Shown piece by piece: positions 26,260-36,175 of a DNA stretch of 64,000 nt. The translations under genes were made by a program, and so were the position numbers. Below the pieces are notes generated by a model. It did no database searches. It worked only from the letters and a program-made list of their open reading frames with translations, and was not told the DNA's origin. Position 1 is the stretch's first letter; every line of letters begins with the position of its first letter. This DNA is from Nitrospirales bacterium (GTDB lineage Bacteria > Nitrospirota > Nitrospiria > Nitrospirales > UBA8639), in assembly GCA_963555755.3 (NCBI GenBank), contig OY820905.2:4224001-4288000 (forward strand), written 5' to 3'.

Positions 26260-28509
26260 ATGTCAATCGATCTTGTAAAAAACTTATACGCGAAAATGCC
26301 GGGTGCTGTGGAAACGGCTCGGAAGAAATTTGGCCGTGGGTTAACCCTCTCAGAAAAGATCCTGGTTTCTCACGCTGATAATCTGGACACCCAAGTCTGG
26401 GATCGTGGGATTGCCATGTTAGCGCTTCGACCGGATCGTGTGGCGATGCAAGATGCTACTGCACAAATGGCGATGCTGCAATTTATCCAAGCAGGAAAGA
26501 ACAAAGCCGCTGTGCCGAGCACCATTCATTGCGATCATTTGATTCGGGCTGAGATGGGGTCTGAAAAAGATCTGATGATCGCCAACCAGGAAAATCGAGA
26601 AGTCTATAACTTTCTCGCCTCCGCAGCCAAAAAATATGGTATCGGGTTCTGGAAACCTGGTGCGGGAATTATTCACCAAGTCGTCCTCGAAAATTATGCC
26701 TTCCCGGGTGGGTTGATTATCGGGACTGACTCTCATACGCCAAATGGTGGTGGTTTAGGAATGTTAGCCATTGGTGTGGGTGGTGCGGATGCCGGCGAAG
26801 TCATGGCCGGATTGCCATGGGAAGTGCTGCATCCCAAACTCATCGGCGTCAAGCTCACTGGCAAGTTGAATGGTTGGGCCTCGGCCAAAGATGTGATTCT
26901 CTATATTTGCGGCTTGCTGACGGTGAAAGGTGGCACGAACAAGATCGTTGAATACTTTGGTCCAGGCGCTGAAACTATTAGCGCAACTGGCAAGGGCACC
27001 ATTACCAATATGGGTGCGGAACTGGGAGCCACCACGTCGGTCTTTCCGTTCGACCAGAAGATGGTGGACTATCTGAAGATTACGGAGCGTGAAGATATTG
27101 CCCAATTGGCTGAAGCCAATAAAGGGATGTTAGTGGCTGATCCTGAAGTGTATCAGTCCCCAGAAAAATATTTTGACGAGATTGTGGAAATTGATCTGTC
27201 CACGTTGGAACCGTACGTCGTCGGTCCTCACTCTCCGGACTTGGCCAGACCAATCTCCAAGTTGGCGGCTGAAGCCAAGGAAAAGGGGTATCCTGTCCAG
27301 TTAAAAGCCACCTTGTTGGGAAGCTGCACGAATTCCTCGTATGAGGATATTGGGCGTGCCGCGCATATTGCTCAACAAGGGTTGAAGGCGGGGCTGAAAA
27401 CCAAAACCCCGTTTTTGATCTCACCGGGATCTGAACGGATTTTCCATACCATGAAGCGGGATGGATTTATGAAGACGTTTGAAGATTTAGGTGCGACCGT
27501 ATTAGCCAATGCCTGTGGCCCATGTATCGGTCAATGGAAACGAGCGGATGGTGTTAAAGGAAAAACTGATTCCATTGTCAGTACCTTCAATCGGAATTTT
27601 CCTGGTCGTAATGATGGCATCGCTGAAACTCTGTCCTTCCTGGCGAGTCCGGAATTGGTCACGGCGTATGCGCTGACGGGAAATTTGGGGTTTGATCCAC
27701 TCAACGATACGATTACAACACCAGATGGCAAAGAATTAAAACTCGATCCTCCCCAAGGTGAGGAATTACCAGCTCAAGGGTTTGCCAAGGGGGAAGAAGG
27801 GTTTATCGCTCCAGCAGAAAATGGCGAAGGCTTGGAAGTCGATCTGCCTCCGACGAGTGAGCGGCTTCAATTGCTTCAGCCCTTTCCGAAATGGGATGGC
27901 AATGATTTTGATAAACTTCCATTGCTCATTAAAACCAAAGGCAAAACCACCACGGATCATATTTCGCCTGCCGGTCCCTGGCTCAAGTTCCGTGGGCATT
28001 TGGACAAGATCAGTGACAACATGTTCCTGGGTGCCAACAATGCCTTTACGAGCGAAGCTGGAACAGGGAACAATGTGTTAACCGGAGAATCCGGTCTGAC
28101 GCTGGCTCAAATCGCACGTGATTATAAAAGCAAAGGGGTTGGGTCGTTTGTGGTCGGTGATGAAAACTATGGCGAAGGCAGCAGCCGAGAACATGCGGCC
28201 ATGTGCCCCCGGTTTCTTGGTGTCAAAGCCGTGTTGACCAAAAGCTTTGCACGCATTCATGAAACGAATCTCAAGAAACAGGGTATCCTGCCCATGACAT
28301 TCGCCAATCCTTTGGACTATGATCAAATCGAACAAGAAGATCGTGTCAGCGTCACGGGTCTCAGTGGTCTAGCGCCAGGGAAGCCAGTGTCCATCATGAT
28401 TCATAAAAAGGATGGCAAAGAAGTCACGATCCAAGCCAACCACAGCATGACTGAACCGCAAACAAAATGGTTTAAAGCAGGTTCGGCCTTAAATGCCTTG
28501 AATGAATAA
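26260..28509 (+). CDS. acnA: Aconitate hydratase (mitochondrial-type)
   Basis: DRVAMQDATAQMA, HCDHLI, TDSHT, GSCTNSSY, NACGPCIGQW, TTDHIS, GSSREHAA. Confidence 0.95.
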   Translation: MSIDLVKNLYAKMPGAVETARKKFGRGLTLSEKILVSHADNLDTQVWDRGIAMLALRPDRVAMQDATAQMAMLQFIQAGKNKAAVPSTIHCDHLIRAEMGSEKDLMIANQENREVYNFLASAAKKYGIGFWKPGAGIIHQVVLENYAFPGGLIIGTDSHTPNGGGLGMLAIGVGGADAGEVMAGLPWEVLHPKLIGVKLTGKLNGWASAKDVILYICGLLTVKGGTNKIVEYFGPGAETISATGKGTITNMGAELGATTSVFPFDQKMVDYLKITEREDIAQLAEANKGMLVADPEVYQSPEKYFDEIVEIDLSTLEPYVVGPHSPDLARPISKLAAEAKEKGYPVQLKATLLGSCTNSSYEDIGRAAHIAQQGLKAGLKTKTPFLISPGSERIFHTMKRDGFMKTFEDLGATVLANACGPCIGQWKRADGVKGKTDSIVSTFNRNFPGRNDGIAETLSFLASPELVTAYALTGNLGFDPLNDTITTPDGKELKLDPPQGEELPAQGFAKGEEGFIAPAENGEGLEVDLPPTSERLQLLQPFPKWDGNDFDKLPLLIKTKGKTTTDHISPAGPWLKFRGHLDKISDNMFLGANNAFTSEAGTGNNVLTGESGLTLAQIARDYKSKGVGSFVVGDENYGEGSSREHAAMCPRFLGVKAVLTKSFARIHETNLKKQGILPMTFANPLDYDQIEQEDRVSVTGLSGLAPGKPVSIMIHKKDGKEVTIQANHSMTEPQTKWFKAGSALNALNE

Positions 28510-28580
28510 CTTCTTCTTTCCTCACCCCCTTTGGGAAAAGAATTAGGGTGTGGGAGAAGGCTTAGGCAGAGGTGGATATT

Positions 28581-29294
28581 ATGACGACTGCAAATGATAA
28601 CACCCTCGATCAGGAAAATGCTCTTCAGCCTAAAATGGTGACCGTGGAGATTGATGGGAAAACCCACCAAGTTCCTGCAGGTATCACATTGATGAAGGCC
28701 CTTTGGTATACCGGCAAGGAAGTGATCCGTGGGGCAGGATGTTTGGGCGGGTTTTGTGGGGCCTGCGGAACCTACTATCGGACCAAGGATGATCCGAAAG
28801 TCAAAACCTGTTTGGCGTGTTCGCATGCCGTCGAAGATGGCATGTCGTTTTCGTTCGCGCCGGCCTTTCCTGCTCGTAAAGCCACGTATGATTTGACCCA
28901 ACTCAAAGATCCCAAGCAAGATTTGTTCGAGCTGTATCCCGAAGCGCCCTTGTGTCGGAATTGCAATGCGTGTACTGAAGCCTGCCCGCAAAGCATCGAT
29001 GTGCGGGAGGGTGTCTGGAAAGCCGTCTTTGGTGATTTTAAAGCGGTGTCGGAAACCTTCATGGATTGTGTGATGTGCGGCATGTGTGCGCCGGTGTGTA
29101 TCGCGGATATTGCGCCTAGCCTTGTTGCTGTCTATGCCAGTCGAGCCTATGGAGTACGGGAAATGGAAAAGCCTCCAGGCCTCTTTGATCGAATTAAAGC
29201 CATTGAAGATGGGCAGTACAAAGAAGACTGGGATCGTGTGTTACACATGACTGATAATGAATTGCAGCAAACCTCAGCCAATATTCAATCCTAG
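28581..29294 (+). CDS. Fumarate reductase/succinate dehydrogenase-like Fe-S subunit
   Basis: 2Fe-2S motif GCLGGFCGAC..C; two ferredoxin motifs CRNCNACTEACP and CVMCGMCAPVC. Confidence 0.85.
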   Translation: MTTANDNTLDQENALQPKMVTVEIDGKTHQVPAGITLMKALWYTGKEVIRGAGCLGGFCGACGTYYRTKDDPKVKTCLACSHAVEDGMSFSFAPAFPARKATYDLTQLKDPKQDLFELYPEAPLCRNCNACTEACPQSIDVREGVWKAVFGDFKAVSETFMDCVMCGMCAPVCIADIAPSLVAVYASRAYGVREMEKPPGLFDRIKAIEDGQYKEDWDRVLHMTDNELQQTSANIQS

Positions 29295-29312
29295 GATTTC
29301 ATTATTTACGAA

Positions 29313-30899
29313 ATGGACATTCAAGCTCTCCATGACGTTGTCCACACATCCCGTGACGCTCGACGAAAACACACCCTTCCGAATTTTTCTCCTGCCGAAC
29401 GCGATACGCTCATAAAAAAATATCATCCTGATCATCGTGAGTCGGCGTACCGTCCGATTGTCTTTGGTCCCAATGAAGGGGACCTTACTGTTCGCGAGCT
29501 CGCCTCAGTGTTGGAAGGGGAAAGTCCCATTCCTGCCGATCTGCTGTTAGAACCCGATCATACCGTTGATGTCTTGGTGATTGGAGGCGGAGGTGCTGGT
29601 TGTGCCGCAGCGCTTCATGCGCATGCCGAGGGGGCGAAAGTCTTACTAGCCACAAAGTTGCGCCTTGCGGATTCCAATTCCGTGATGGCTCAAGGTGGGA
29701 TGCAAATCGCGGTGTCTCCGAATGATTCGCCGGTTCAGCATTTTCTCGATACCCTCAAGGGTGGTCACATGAAAAACGACCATGACCTTCTGAAGACGAT
29801 GGTGGAAGAGGGTCCATCGATTGCGAAGTGGTTGTTGGGATTAGGTGTCTTGTTTGATCGGGATGCCGATGGCAACCTACATGTCAAAAAAGGTGGTGGT
29901 AGCACCAAGGAACGTCTGCTGACGTGTTCAGATTACACCGGCCTCGAAATTATGCGAGTGCTCAAGGATGAGGTGCTCAACCAAAAGATTCAGCTTCTGG
30001 AATTTGCCGCAGCCGTTGAATTGCTGAGTGACGAGGATGGCGCGTGCACCGGTGCGGTGCTTCAGGATCTGGACAACAAACGTTTCGTCGTTGTTGCGGC
30101 AAAGACAGTGATCCTAGCCACCGGCGGAATCGGCCGATTACACATTCAAGGATTTCCCACGAGTAATCATTATGGTGCCACGGGTGATGGTTTGGCATTG
30201 GCCTATCGAATCGGTGCTCCGCTCGTACAAATCGATACGTTCCAATATCATCCATCGGGTGGTGTGTATCCTGAGCAATTGGTCGGTCAGTTGGTCACTG
30301 AGGGCATTCGGTCTGAAGGCGGACATTTGGTCAATGTGAACGGCGACCGCTTCGTGAATGAATTAGATACTCGAGATGTCGTGTCTTCATCGATCATTAG
30401 AGAATGTGAAGAAGGCCGTGGCGTGCGAACGGCAACGGGTCGTGTCGGTGTCTGGTTGGATACTCCCTTGTTGGAAGTGGAGCATGGGGAAGGTACGTTG
30501 GATAAGCATTTTCCGGCCATGGTGCGCCAATACGAGCGCTATGGCGTGGATATCCGGAAAGATCCGGTGCTGATTTATCCCACCCTCCACTATCAAAATG
30601 GGGGCGTGAAAATTGACGTCAATAGTGAAACGCCGGTGAAGGATTTATTTGTGGCTGGTGAAACCTCTGGTGGACTGCACGGACGCAATCGATTGATGGG
30701 CAATTCTCTGTTAGACCTCATGGTGTTTGGTAAACGATCGGGTCTTACGGCAGCGGCCCGAGTGACCAAGGCTTCGCAAGGTCAGTTGACGTTGAATCAT
30801 TTGCAGCGTTTCCGAGCCGAAGCTCAGAAGCACGGGGTCACTGGGCAAGTGACGTCCCCAATGGTATTGCCTGCGTATACGCGAACGCCAAATGCGTGA
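29313..30899 (+). CDS. Fumarate reductase/succinate dehydrogenase-like flavoprotein subunit
   Basis: IGGGGAG, MAQGG, LATGG, QYHP, TRDVVS, LHYQNGG, HGRNRLMGNSL. Confidence 0.85.
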   Translation: MDIQALHDVVHTSRDARRKHTLPNFSPAERDTLIKKYHPDHRESAYRPIVFGPNEGDLTVRELASVLEGESPIPADLLLEPDHTVDVLVIGGGGAGCAAALHAHAEGAKVLLATKLRLADSNSVMAQGGMQIAVSPNDSPVQHFLDTLKGGHMKNDHDLLKTMVEEGPSIAKWLLGLGVLFDRDADGNLHVKKGGGSTKERLLTCSDYTGLEIMRVLKDEVLNQKIQLLEFAAAVELLSDEDGACTGAVLQDLDNKRFVVVAAKTVILATGGIGRLHIQGFPTSNHYGATGDGLALAYRIGAPLVQIDTFQYHPSGGVYPEQLVGQLVTEGIRSEGGHLVNVNGDRFVNELDTRDVVSSSIIRECEEGRGVRTATGRVGVWLDTPLLEVEHGEGTLDKHFPAMVRQYERYGVDIRKDPVLIYPTLHYQNGGVKIDVNSETPVKDLFVAGETSGGLHGRNRLMGNSLLDLMVFGKRSGLTAAARVTKASQGQLTLNHLQRFRAEAQKHGVTGQVTSPMVLPAYTRTPNA

Positions 30900-31026
30900 A
30901 AAATGAAAAATGAAAAATGAAAAATGAAAAATGAAAAATGAAAAATGAAAAATGAAAAATGAAAAATGAAAAATGAAAAATGAAAAATGAAAAATGAAAA
31001 ATGAAAAATGAAAAATGAAAAATGAA
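30897..31026. repeat. Perfect heptamer microsatellite (TGAAAAA) x18
   Basis: Direct count; starts at the stop codon of the flavoprotein gene. Confidence 0.95.
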
Positions 31027-31113
31027 TTTTTTCTTTTCGGCATGTTCTCGCCCCTGAGGGGAGAGGTTAGGTGAGGGGGATTCCCTCAAATCAGAAAATC
31101 AAAAAGGAATCTT

Positions 31114-32295
31114 ATGAACATCCACGAATTTCAAGCGAAACAGTTATTTGCTCAATTTGGTATACCTGTTCCCAAAGGCAAAGAAATAAAAAACGCTCGG
31201 GCCGCTGAAAAATGGGCTGCCGCTCTTGAGACCTCGGTGTATGTGGTCAAGGCACAAATCCACGCGGGTGGGCGCGGCAAAGCGGGTGGAGTGAAAATTA
31301 CCAAGAATAAAGATGAAGTGCCGGGGTTGGCGCAAGAGCTCATCGGGAAAACCTTGGTGACGCATCAAACAGGGCCAAAAGGTAGAAAAGTCCGTCGTTT
31401 GCTGATTGAAGAAGGGGCCGGGATCGACAAAGAGTTGTACCTCAGCCTGCTAGTGGATCGGGATTCTGGATGTCCCACCTTCATTGCCAGTACTGAAGGT
31501 GGAATGGAAATCGAAGAAGTCGCGGAGAAAACTCCAGAAAAAGTGATCAAAGAAACGATTGATCCGGCAGTCGGTTTCCAATCCTACAACGGACGCAATC
31601 TTGCTTTTGCCTTAGGCCTACCGTCCATCGATAAGGCTCTTGCCAATTCGTTTATTCAAATGCTCGGGAATCTGTATCGCCTGTTTTTAGAAAAAGATGC
31701 ATCCATGGTGGAGATTAATCCGCTCGTGATTACCACAGATAAAACGCTCATCGCGCTTGATGGAAAAGTGTCCTTCGATGATAGCGCGTTGTTTAAACAT
31801 CCTGATATCCAAGCGTTCCGCGACTTGCACGAAGAAGATCCCCTTGAGATTGAAGCCGAGAAGCACAATCTCAATTATGTGAAATTGGATGGGGATATTG
31901 GGTGTATGGTCAATGGCGCCGGCCTGGCCATGGCGACCATGGATGTCATCAAGTTAGCAGGTGCCGAGCCCTCCAACTTTTTAGATGTCGGTGGTGGGGC
32001 GACCAAAGAAACCGTGGCCGCTGGATTTCGCATTCTCCTCAAGGACAAAAAGGTCAAAGGTATTTTCATTAATATTTTTGGTGGCATCGTCCGGTGCGAA
32101 CGTATTGCCCATGGCGTCATCGAAGCCTCCAAAGAAGTCGGCATTAAATTGCCTGTTGTCGTCCGACTGCAAGGCACCAATGCCGAAGAAGGCCGGAAAC
32201 TTTTGAAGGAGTCCGGCTTAAAAGTCGAAGTCGCAACTGACCTTTGGGAAGCTGCCCAAAAGATTGTCGCCATGAAGGGAAAGAAGAAGCGGTGA
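31114..32295 (+). CDS. sucC: Succinyl-CoA synthetase beta subunit
   Basis: MNIHEFQAK, KAQIHAGGRGKAGGV, NGAGLAMATMD, NFLDVGGGA, NIFGGIVRC. Confidence 0.97.
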   Translation: MNIHEFQAKQLFAQFGIPVPKGKEIKNARAAEKWAAALETSVYVVKAQIHAGGRGKAGGVKITKNKDEVPGLAQELIGKTLVTHQTGPKGRKVRRLLIEEGAGIDKELYLSLLVDRDSGCPTFIASTEGGMEIEEVAEKTPEKVIKETIDPAVGFQSYNGRNLAFALGLPSIDKALANSFIQMLGNLYRLFLEKDASMVEINPLVITTDKTLIALDGKVSFDDSALFKHPDIQAFRDLHEEDPLEIEAEKHNLNYVKLDGDIGCMVNGAGLAMATMDVIKLAGAEPSNFLDVGGGATKETVAAGFRILLKDKKVKGIFINIFGGIVRCERIAHGVIEASKEVGIKLPVVVRLQGTNAEEGRKLLKESGLKVEVATDLWEAAQKIVAMKGKKKR

Positions 32296-32377
32296 TCGAG
32301 TGGCTTCTTGTGCTTACACACCGCCCACTTCAAATAGTGCTCGAAGGATGTGTGTTGTCAATGGTGGAGGTGAGCAA

Positions 32378-32575
32378 ATGAAATACAAAATTGTGCTAAA
32401 GGAATCAGAGGAAGGCATGAGTGTTTCGTGTCCTGGCTTGCCTGGTTGTTGGTCTCAAGGGAAAGACGAAGAAGAGGCTATCGCGAATATTCGTGAGGCG
32501 ATAGGGGATTATCTGGCGGCTGTTTCCGAATCTGTGAAGGGAGAAAACGTTAGAGAAATTGAAGTCCCTGTCTAA
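32378..32575 (+). CDS. hicB: HicB-family antitoxin (short, no DNA-binding domain)
   Basis: CPGLPGCWSQG..EEEA..NIREAI; RBS GGAGGTG. Confidence 0.85.
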   Translation: MKYKIVLKESEEGMSVSCPGLPGCWSQGKDEEEAIANIREAIGDYLAAVSESVKGENVREIEVPV

Positions 32576-32577
32576 CC

Positions 32578-32793
32578 ATGCCGAAGATTCCAGGGGTTAA
32601 TCATCGGAATGCTGTCCGTGCTCTTGAGAAAGCAGGATTTCATATAGTTCGTGAAGGCCGGAAACATATTGTGATATCAGATGGAACACGCTTTTTGACC
32701 ATCCCACGAAATACCCCAATCAATGCCTTTACAATGGGTGGGATCGTTAAAGATGCCGGGTTAAGCGTTGAGGAATTTCGAAAGCTTCTCTAG
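32578..32793 (+). CDS. hicA: HicA-family toxin (mRNA interferase)
   Basis: ALEKAGF..VREGRKH; TIP; IVKDAGLSVEEF. Confidence 0.85.
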   Translation: MPKIPGVNHRNAVRALEKAGFHIVREGRKHIVISDGTRFLTIPRNTPINAFTMGGIVKDAGLSVEEFRKLL

Positions 32794-32953
32794 CGTTACT
32801 TTTTGTTTTGTAGGGTGGGGACTCTCCACCAGCGGAAATCTCCCTCGCCCCTGAGGGGAGAGGGTAGGGTGAGGGGTTATCTTGTCGGTTCGTTTTTAAT
32901 TCACAAAATTGATCTTTAAGTAGTAAATTGAAAAAATTGAAAGGTGAACTGGA

Positions 32954-33826
32954 ATGAGCATCTTAGTGAACAAGTCAACGAGAGTGGTTGTCCAAGGCAT
33001 TACTGGGAAAGAGGGCTCTTTCCATGCGACTCAGTGTAAGGCTTATGGCACCAAAATTGTTGCCGGCGTGACCCCTGGAAAAGCTGGGCAAGAAGTCGAG
33101 GGCATTCCGGTCTTTAACACGGTTCGTGAAGCCGTCAAAAAGACTGGAGCTACCACATCGTTGATTTTTGTTCCACCGCCATTTGCAGCTGATGCGATTC
33201 TTGAGGCAGCCGATGCTGGAATCTGGTTGGTGATCTGTATTACGGAAGGCATTCCAGTGAACGAAATGGTGCGTGTGAAACGGGCGCTGGAAAGCACCCA
33301 GACCCGATTCATCGGCCCCAACTGTCCGGGGATTATTACTGCAGATGAGTGCAAGATTGGCATTATGCCGGGGTTCATTCATAAAAAAGGAAGAGTCGGA
33401 GTGATCTCCCGCAGTGGAACGCTCACGTATGAAGCGGTCAATCAGCTCACGAACCTTGGCCTTGGCGAAACCACCTGCGTGGGAATAGGTGGCGACCCCA
33501 TCATTGGAACCGGATACATCGATCTCCTTCAAATGTTTGAAAAAGACGACGAGACCGAAGCCGTAGTCATGATTGGTGAGATCGGTGGTGATGCCGAAGA
33601 AAAAGCCGCAGCCTTTATCAAAAAAGAAATGACCAAACCCGTCATTGGTTTTATCGCAGGCATTACCGCACCACCAGGCCGGCGCATGGGCCATGCAGGT
33701 GCGATCATTACCGGCGGCAAAGGAACAGCTAAAGAAAAAATGGCAGCCTTGGAGGCAGCCGGCGTTCGAGTGGTCCGAAACCCAGCAGAGATTGGGGAGA
33801 CTGTAAAATCAGCTTTGGGTGGATGA
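32954..33826 (+). CDS. sucD: Succinyl-CoA synthetase alpha subunit
   Basis: [33 protein letters not shown]. Confidence 0.97.
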   Translation: MSILVNKSTRVVVQGITGKEGSFHATQCKAYGTKIVAGVTPGKAGQEVEGIPVFNTVREAVKKTGATTSLIFVPPPFAADAILEAADAGIWLVICITEGIPVNEMVRVKRALESTQTRFIGPNCPGIITADECKIGIMPGFIHKKGRVGVISRSGTLTYEAVNQLTNLGLGETTCVGIGGDPIIGTGYIDLLQMFEKDDETEAVVMIGEIGGDAEEKAAAFIKKEMTKPVIGFIAGITAPPGRRMGHAGAIITGGKGTAKEKMAALEAAGVRVVRNPAEIGETVKSALGG

Positions 33827-34061
33827 TTCTACCCTTCTTGAGAACCCTCCTCTCTTCATTTCTTTTGAAATCGAAAGGCTTCTTCTGGGTCTTGCTGAAC
33901 GAGCAGCAGGACCTCCTACCTCTCCTCTAATTCCAGACCACACGAGACTGTCTTGCAACGGGCAGCCAAGGCCGCTAGACTCCAACCCGAAATTTCAAGA
34001 CCAGCTCAACTTTTGGTCCAGGGTACATCCGCGCAAGAAGTGAACAGATCGAATAAGTAGT

Positions 34062-34553
34062 ATGAATTTTGGTAAGAGAGTATTCATTATAATTTTGATT
34101 GGCATTTCCTGTGTTGGTTGCGACCAAAGTACAAAGCTACTCGCTACAGAGTATCTTTCTCAAAATGGAATGCATTCATATTTCTACGACATGGTGCGCA
34201 TTGGGTACACTGAAAATTTGGGTGGCTTCCTTGGTCTTGGTAATACCTTGCCAATTGAGTACCGTTTTTGGCTTTTCAGCGTAGCTGTCGGCGCCACCCT
34301 CGTCGGCTTACTCTTCTATCTCATAATCAACTTCACACAAGGGCTAGGATCATTGATAGGGTTATCCCTGGTATTCGCCGGAGGGTTTAGTAATTTTTAT
34401 GATCGAGTAGCAAACAACGGAGCGGTTGTCGACTTTATCAATATTGGTGTAGGTCCGCTCCGAACGGGTATTTTTAATGTCGCTGATGTGGCTATATTGG
34501 TTGGCGTAGCAATTGTTTTGCTTGCTCAGTCTAAACAGAGGGCAACAACATAA
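34062..34553 (+). CDS. lspA: Lipoprotein signal peptidase II
   Basis: DQ.TK, EN.G.F, GG..N.YDR, VVDF, FNVAD. Confidence 0.9.
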   Translation: MNFGKRVFIIILIGISCVGCDQSTKLLATEYLSQNGMHSYFYDMVRIGYTENLGGFLGLGNTLPIEYRFWLFSVAVGATLVGLLFYLIINFTQGLGSLIGLSLVFAGGFSNFYDRVANNGAVVDFINIGVGPLRTGIFNVADVAILVGVAIVLLAQSKQRATT

Positions 34554-34558
34554 ACGGC

Positions 34559-34636
34559 TTCTAATAAGTGGCGGTAGAGCGACCGCTTTTCCGCCACCTC
34601 GCAGCTACAAATCAGCGCGTGAGCTGAACGTTAGGC
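34559..34636 (+). other. Degenerate attC-like site
   Basis: TTCTAATAAGTGGCG...GAGCGACCGCTTTTCCGCC...TGAGCTGAACGTTAGGC. Confidence 0.7.
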
Positions 34637-34713
34637 ATAACAAATATGGATATTGCAGGTTTTTTCGCTACCTTCTTCAGTACGATCTTTTGTGGCGCGG
34701 CAATTTATATAAA

Positions 34714-35725
34714 TATGCCTTCCCATTTGACTAAGGTTAGTCCCTAGACTAGTCTGCTGGACTATGGACACAGGGTATGCTGCTGATATCTTGGATTTTT
34801 CTGTTAGGTTCCACACCGAAGAAGCGTGCTTCGAGTACTTGCGGGCGATTCGGTGGCCAGACGGGTTTATGTGTCCAGCTTGCGGTCATCGCGGTGGTTG
34901 GTGGCTCAAAAAATATTTCCGGTTTGAGTGTTCGTCGTGTCATAGACAGACATCACCGCTAAGCGGCACAGTGATGCATAGATCGCACTTGCCGCTACGG
35001 CTTTGGTTTTGGGCTGCCTATTTCGTCTCCACGCACACACCTGGCATCAGTGCTGTGCAATTGCAGCGTCAACTCAGTATCAAGAAGGTGGATAGCGCCT
35101 GGTATTTGCTCCACAGATTGCGACGAGGAATGGTACGACAGAACCGTGAACGGCTCGCAGGAACAGTTGAAGCCGATGAAACCCATATCGGTGGACCGGT
35201 AAAAGGCAAAACGGGCCGTGGCGTCGCGAAAGCGAAAACCAAGACGTTAATAGCCGGAGCCGTAGAAATTGTCACGTACACACAAGGGGATCACTTTCGA
35301 GAGAAAGCAGGGCGTTTACGATTAGCGATTCTTCAAGACGCTGGAGAGAACGAGATCAAAGCATTCCTCAATAGCCATGTCGCTGAGGGCAGTAAGATCA
35401 AGTCCGATGGTTGGAAGGGATACTCGGCAAAAGCCTTGGCAGGATACGAACACCTGAGACGGACCCAGGGTGACCCAGCAAGTGCTGGGAAGCACGCTCC
35501 ACACATCCATAGAGCGTTCGGCAATCTGCAGACCTGGCTGAACGGGATTCACCATGGAGTGGATTCAAAATACCTGCAACACTATCTTGATGAGTTTGTC
35601 TTTCGCTATAACCGCCGTGAGACTCCAATGAGTACCTTCCAGAGTTTGTTGAAAATCCTGACCAGCAGCTCAAAACCCTTGGGATTCAATAAACTGAAGC
35701 AACCTTAGTTAAATGGGAAGGCATA
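34714..35725 (+). mobile_element. IS1595-family element (1012 bp)
   Basis: IR TATGCCTTCCCATTTGACTAAGG / CCTTAGTTAAATGGGAAGGCATA; 8-bp TSD TATATAAA. Confidence 0.95.
34764..35708 (+). CDS. IS1595-family transposase
   Basis: RWPDGF.CPACG..CSSC Zn ribbon; VEADET; SDG; YLDEFVFRYNRR. Confidence 0.95.
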   Translation: MDTGYAADILDFSVRFHTEEACFEYLRAIRWPDGFMCPACGHRGGWWLKKYFRFECSSCHRQTSPLSGTVMHRSHLPLRLWFWAAYFVSTHTPGISAVQLQRQLSIKKVDSAWYLLHRLRRGMVRQNRERLAGTVEADETHIGGPVKGKTGRGVAKAKTKTLIAGAVEIVTYTQGDHFREKAGRLRLAILQDAGENEIKAFLNSHVAEGSKIKSDGWKGYSAKALAGYEHLRRTQGDPASAGKHAPHIHRAFGNLQTWLNGIHHGVDSKYLQHYLDEFVFRYNRRETPMSTFQSLLKILTSSSKPLGFNKLKQP

Positions 35726-36097
35726 TATATAAATATTGCCGAGCATCCAGCAAGAATGGAGTGTGGCACTGAATTGGCGGCTACTGTCTTTGGTCCGAGT
35801 TACCATCGTGCGGCTGCCATGCAAGCTTCCTTGGCTTTACTATCAACTATAGCAGCAATCGTTACTTGGGTTCTTGGTGGCCCTGCACTCTGGCTAGTTG
35901 GTGCTGCATTCATTTTTACTGTGGTTCCATTTACGTTTATTGCAATAATGCCAACAAACACACGATTACTTGCTGCCACGTTGGACAAAAATTCCAATAC
36001 CGCGAAAGACTTACTAGAAAAATGGGGCAAGCTTCATGCGATGCGTAGTGCATTAAGTTTGTGGTCATCACTATTATTTTTATACATATTAACTACA

Positions 36098-36163
36098 ACA
36101 TAAAAGGCGGCTGTACTGGATTCTAGCGCTTACGCGCCTCCACCTGTGAGCCGGGGGTTAGGC
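36098..36163 (+). other. Degenerate attC-like site
   Basis: Overlaps the stop codon; ends TGAGCCGGGGGTTAGGC. Confidence 0.6.
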
Positions 36164-36175
36164 AGCCGCGAAAAT

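Larger units (their letters stand above)
34646..36103 (+). pseudogene. DUF1772-like membrane protein interrupted by IS1595
   Basis: Removing the IS and one TSD copy restores MDIAGFFATFFSTIFCGAAIYINIAEHPARMECG...W..LH..RS in frame. Confidence 0.85.

Noticed and set aside
30711..31089. FFIFHFS-repeat ORFs
   Set aside because: Artefact of the heptamer microsatellite
32975..33694. 239-aa minus-strand ORF and similar long antisense ORFs across the window
   Set aside because: Shadows of well-supported genes on the opposite strand
33827..34061. Integron integrase or attI upstream of the cassette array
   Set aside because: No tyrosine-recombinase motifs recognisable; region too short
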